Below, one piece after another: positions 63,215 through 64,000 of a stretch of DNA of 64,000 nt. A program made the position numbers and the translations under genes. Below the pieces are notes generated by a model, which saw only the letters and a list, made by a program, of their open reading frames with translations, was not told the origin of the DNA and did no database searches. Source of the DNA: Asterias rubens (taxonomy: Eukaryota); NCBI RefSeq assembly GCF_902459465.1, contig NC_047072.1, positions 6,138,001 to 6,202,000 of the forward strand, written 5' to 3'. Numbering within the stretch: the stretch's first letter is position 1; each line of letters starts with the position of its first letter.

Positions 63215-64000
63215 ATATGGGAGTCAAATTTTTGACTCCCATAAATGGCCGACCGTGTTAGTTCGCAAAGCAAAAGGAAAACCACGCAATTTCACGGCAA
63301 ATTTCTAGGTTACAAATGCTTTTTATACTGCCAACTCATCTGATCCAAGGCAACGTGTCCCTTAAAGATTCAAGATAAGTTGAATTGACAATATTGACAT
63401 TAGGGCCTACTTATTTGCTATTTTGATGGTTGCCTTGGTGCCCTTGAGTTGGTCCTATGCAAATTTGAATTCCTTTAGCAGTGTCTAGCTGTCCCAAAAT
63501 TGACACCATATATAGATGGCCGTATAAAATTTATGGAATTTTGCATTCGAAGATGGCCTCGAACGTGGTCGAAAGCCAATCAACAGCCGAAGTAAAAGTG
63601 GGATGTCTACAGAAGGTTACACGATGGCAACCGAACCACACTTGAAGGCAACCCTAAAATTGAATCTTCCTATAGGGAGTATTCTTCCTGCGTGGACAAG
63701 ATGCCCTCACGATGGCCTTGCAGAGGGCAAATTACAGGAATTCAACACGAAAATGAAGCTTCCCAATGTCCTTCAGAAATTTGTCGGCATGCCGTAGATT
63801 TTGCCAATGCTCACTAAGTTGCTTGTATGAGCCTTAGAAACTCCACCAGCGGCCATACGGTGGCTTAAAGGCACTGGACACTATTGGTAATGACTCAAAA
63901 TAATTGTGAGCATAAAAACTTACTTGGTAATGAGCAATGGAGAGCTGTTGATAGTATAAAACATTGTGAGAAACGGCCCCCTCTGAATAATGTAGTTTTA

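Noticed and set aside
63520-63800. GATGGCCTC..ACGTGGTCG resembling PEX7 exon 3 (DGL..TWS), and ORF 63603-63797
   Set aside because: The frames do not agree, there is no good acceptor and there are early stops; probably a repeat.

Overview
AT-rich, intron-rich, repeat-dense animal genomic DNA. It is probably an echinoderm such as a sea star; this is inferred from protein similarity and repeat content and was not verified. Six protein-coding genes were reconstructed by hand with GT-AG, frame-consistent exons: ARL13B (minus, first coding exon only, continues off the left edge), snRNP70/U1-70K (minus, complete, 8 coding exons), SOBP (minus, complete), TAB2/3 (plus, complete), PRDX4 (minus, complete) and PEX7 (plus, first two exons, continues off the right edge). 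There is one tRNA-Leu(TAA). The rest is mostly non-autonomous DNA transposons (TTAA/Kolobok-like and Harbinger-like MITEs), tRNA-derived SINEs, 5'-truncated L2 and RTE LINEs, and Penelope-like repeat remnants. The strongest unexplained signal is in the longest U1-70K intron, the counterpart of the vertebrate autoregulatory intron 7. It holds a strand-specific array of about 20-25 5'-splice-site-like motifs, including five copies of G/GTAAGCCCA that are mostly spaced about 215 nt apart. Just upstream is a strong unused 3' splice site that opens a premature-stop exon, so this is a candidate expanded U1 snRNP-sensing poison-exon system. Other leads are a tandem Su(H)/kB-site minisatellite in the ARL13B intron, a four-palindrome cluster in the PRDX4/PEX7 promoter, a promoter-associated hairpin family, degenerate Penelope-type hammerheads, and a SINE/L2 pair with a shared 3' tail. 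All coordinates and counts were read by eye, and gene identities come from remembered similarity rather than database searches.
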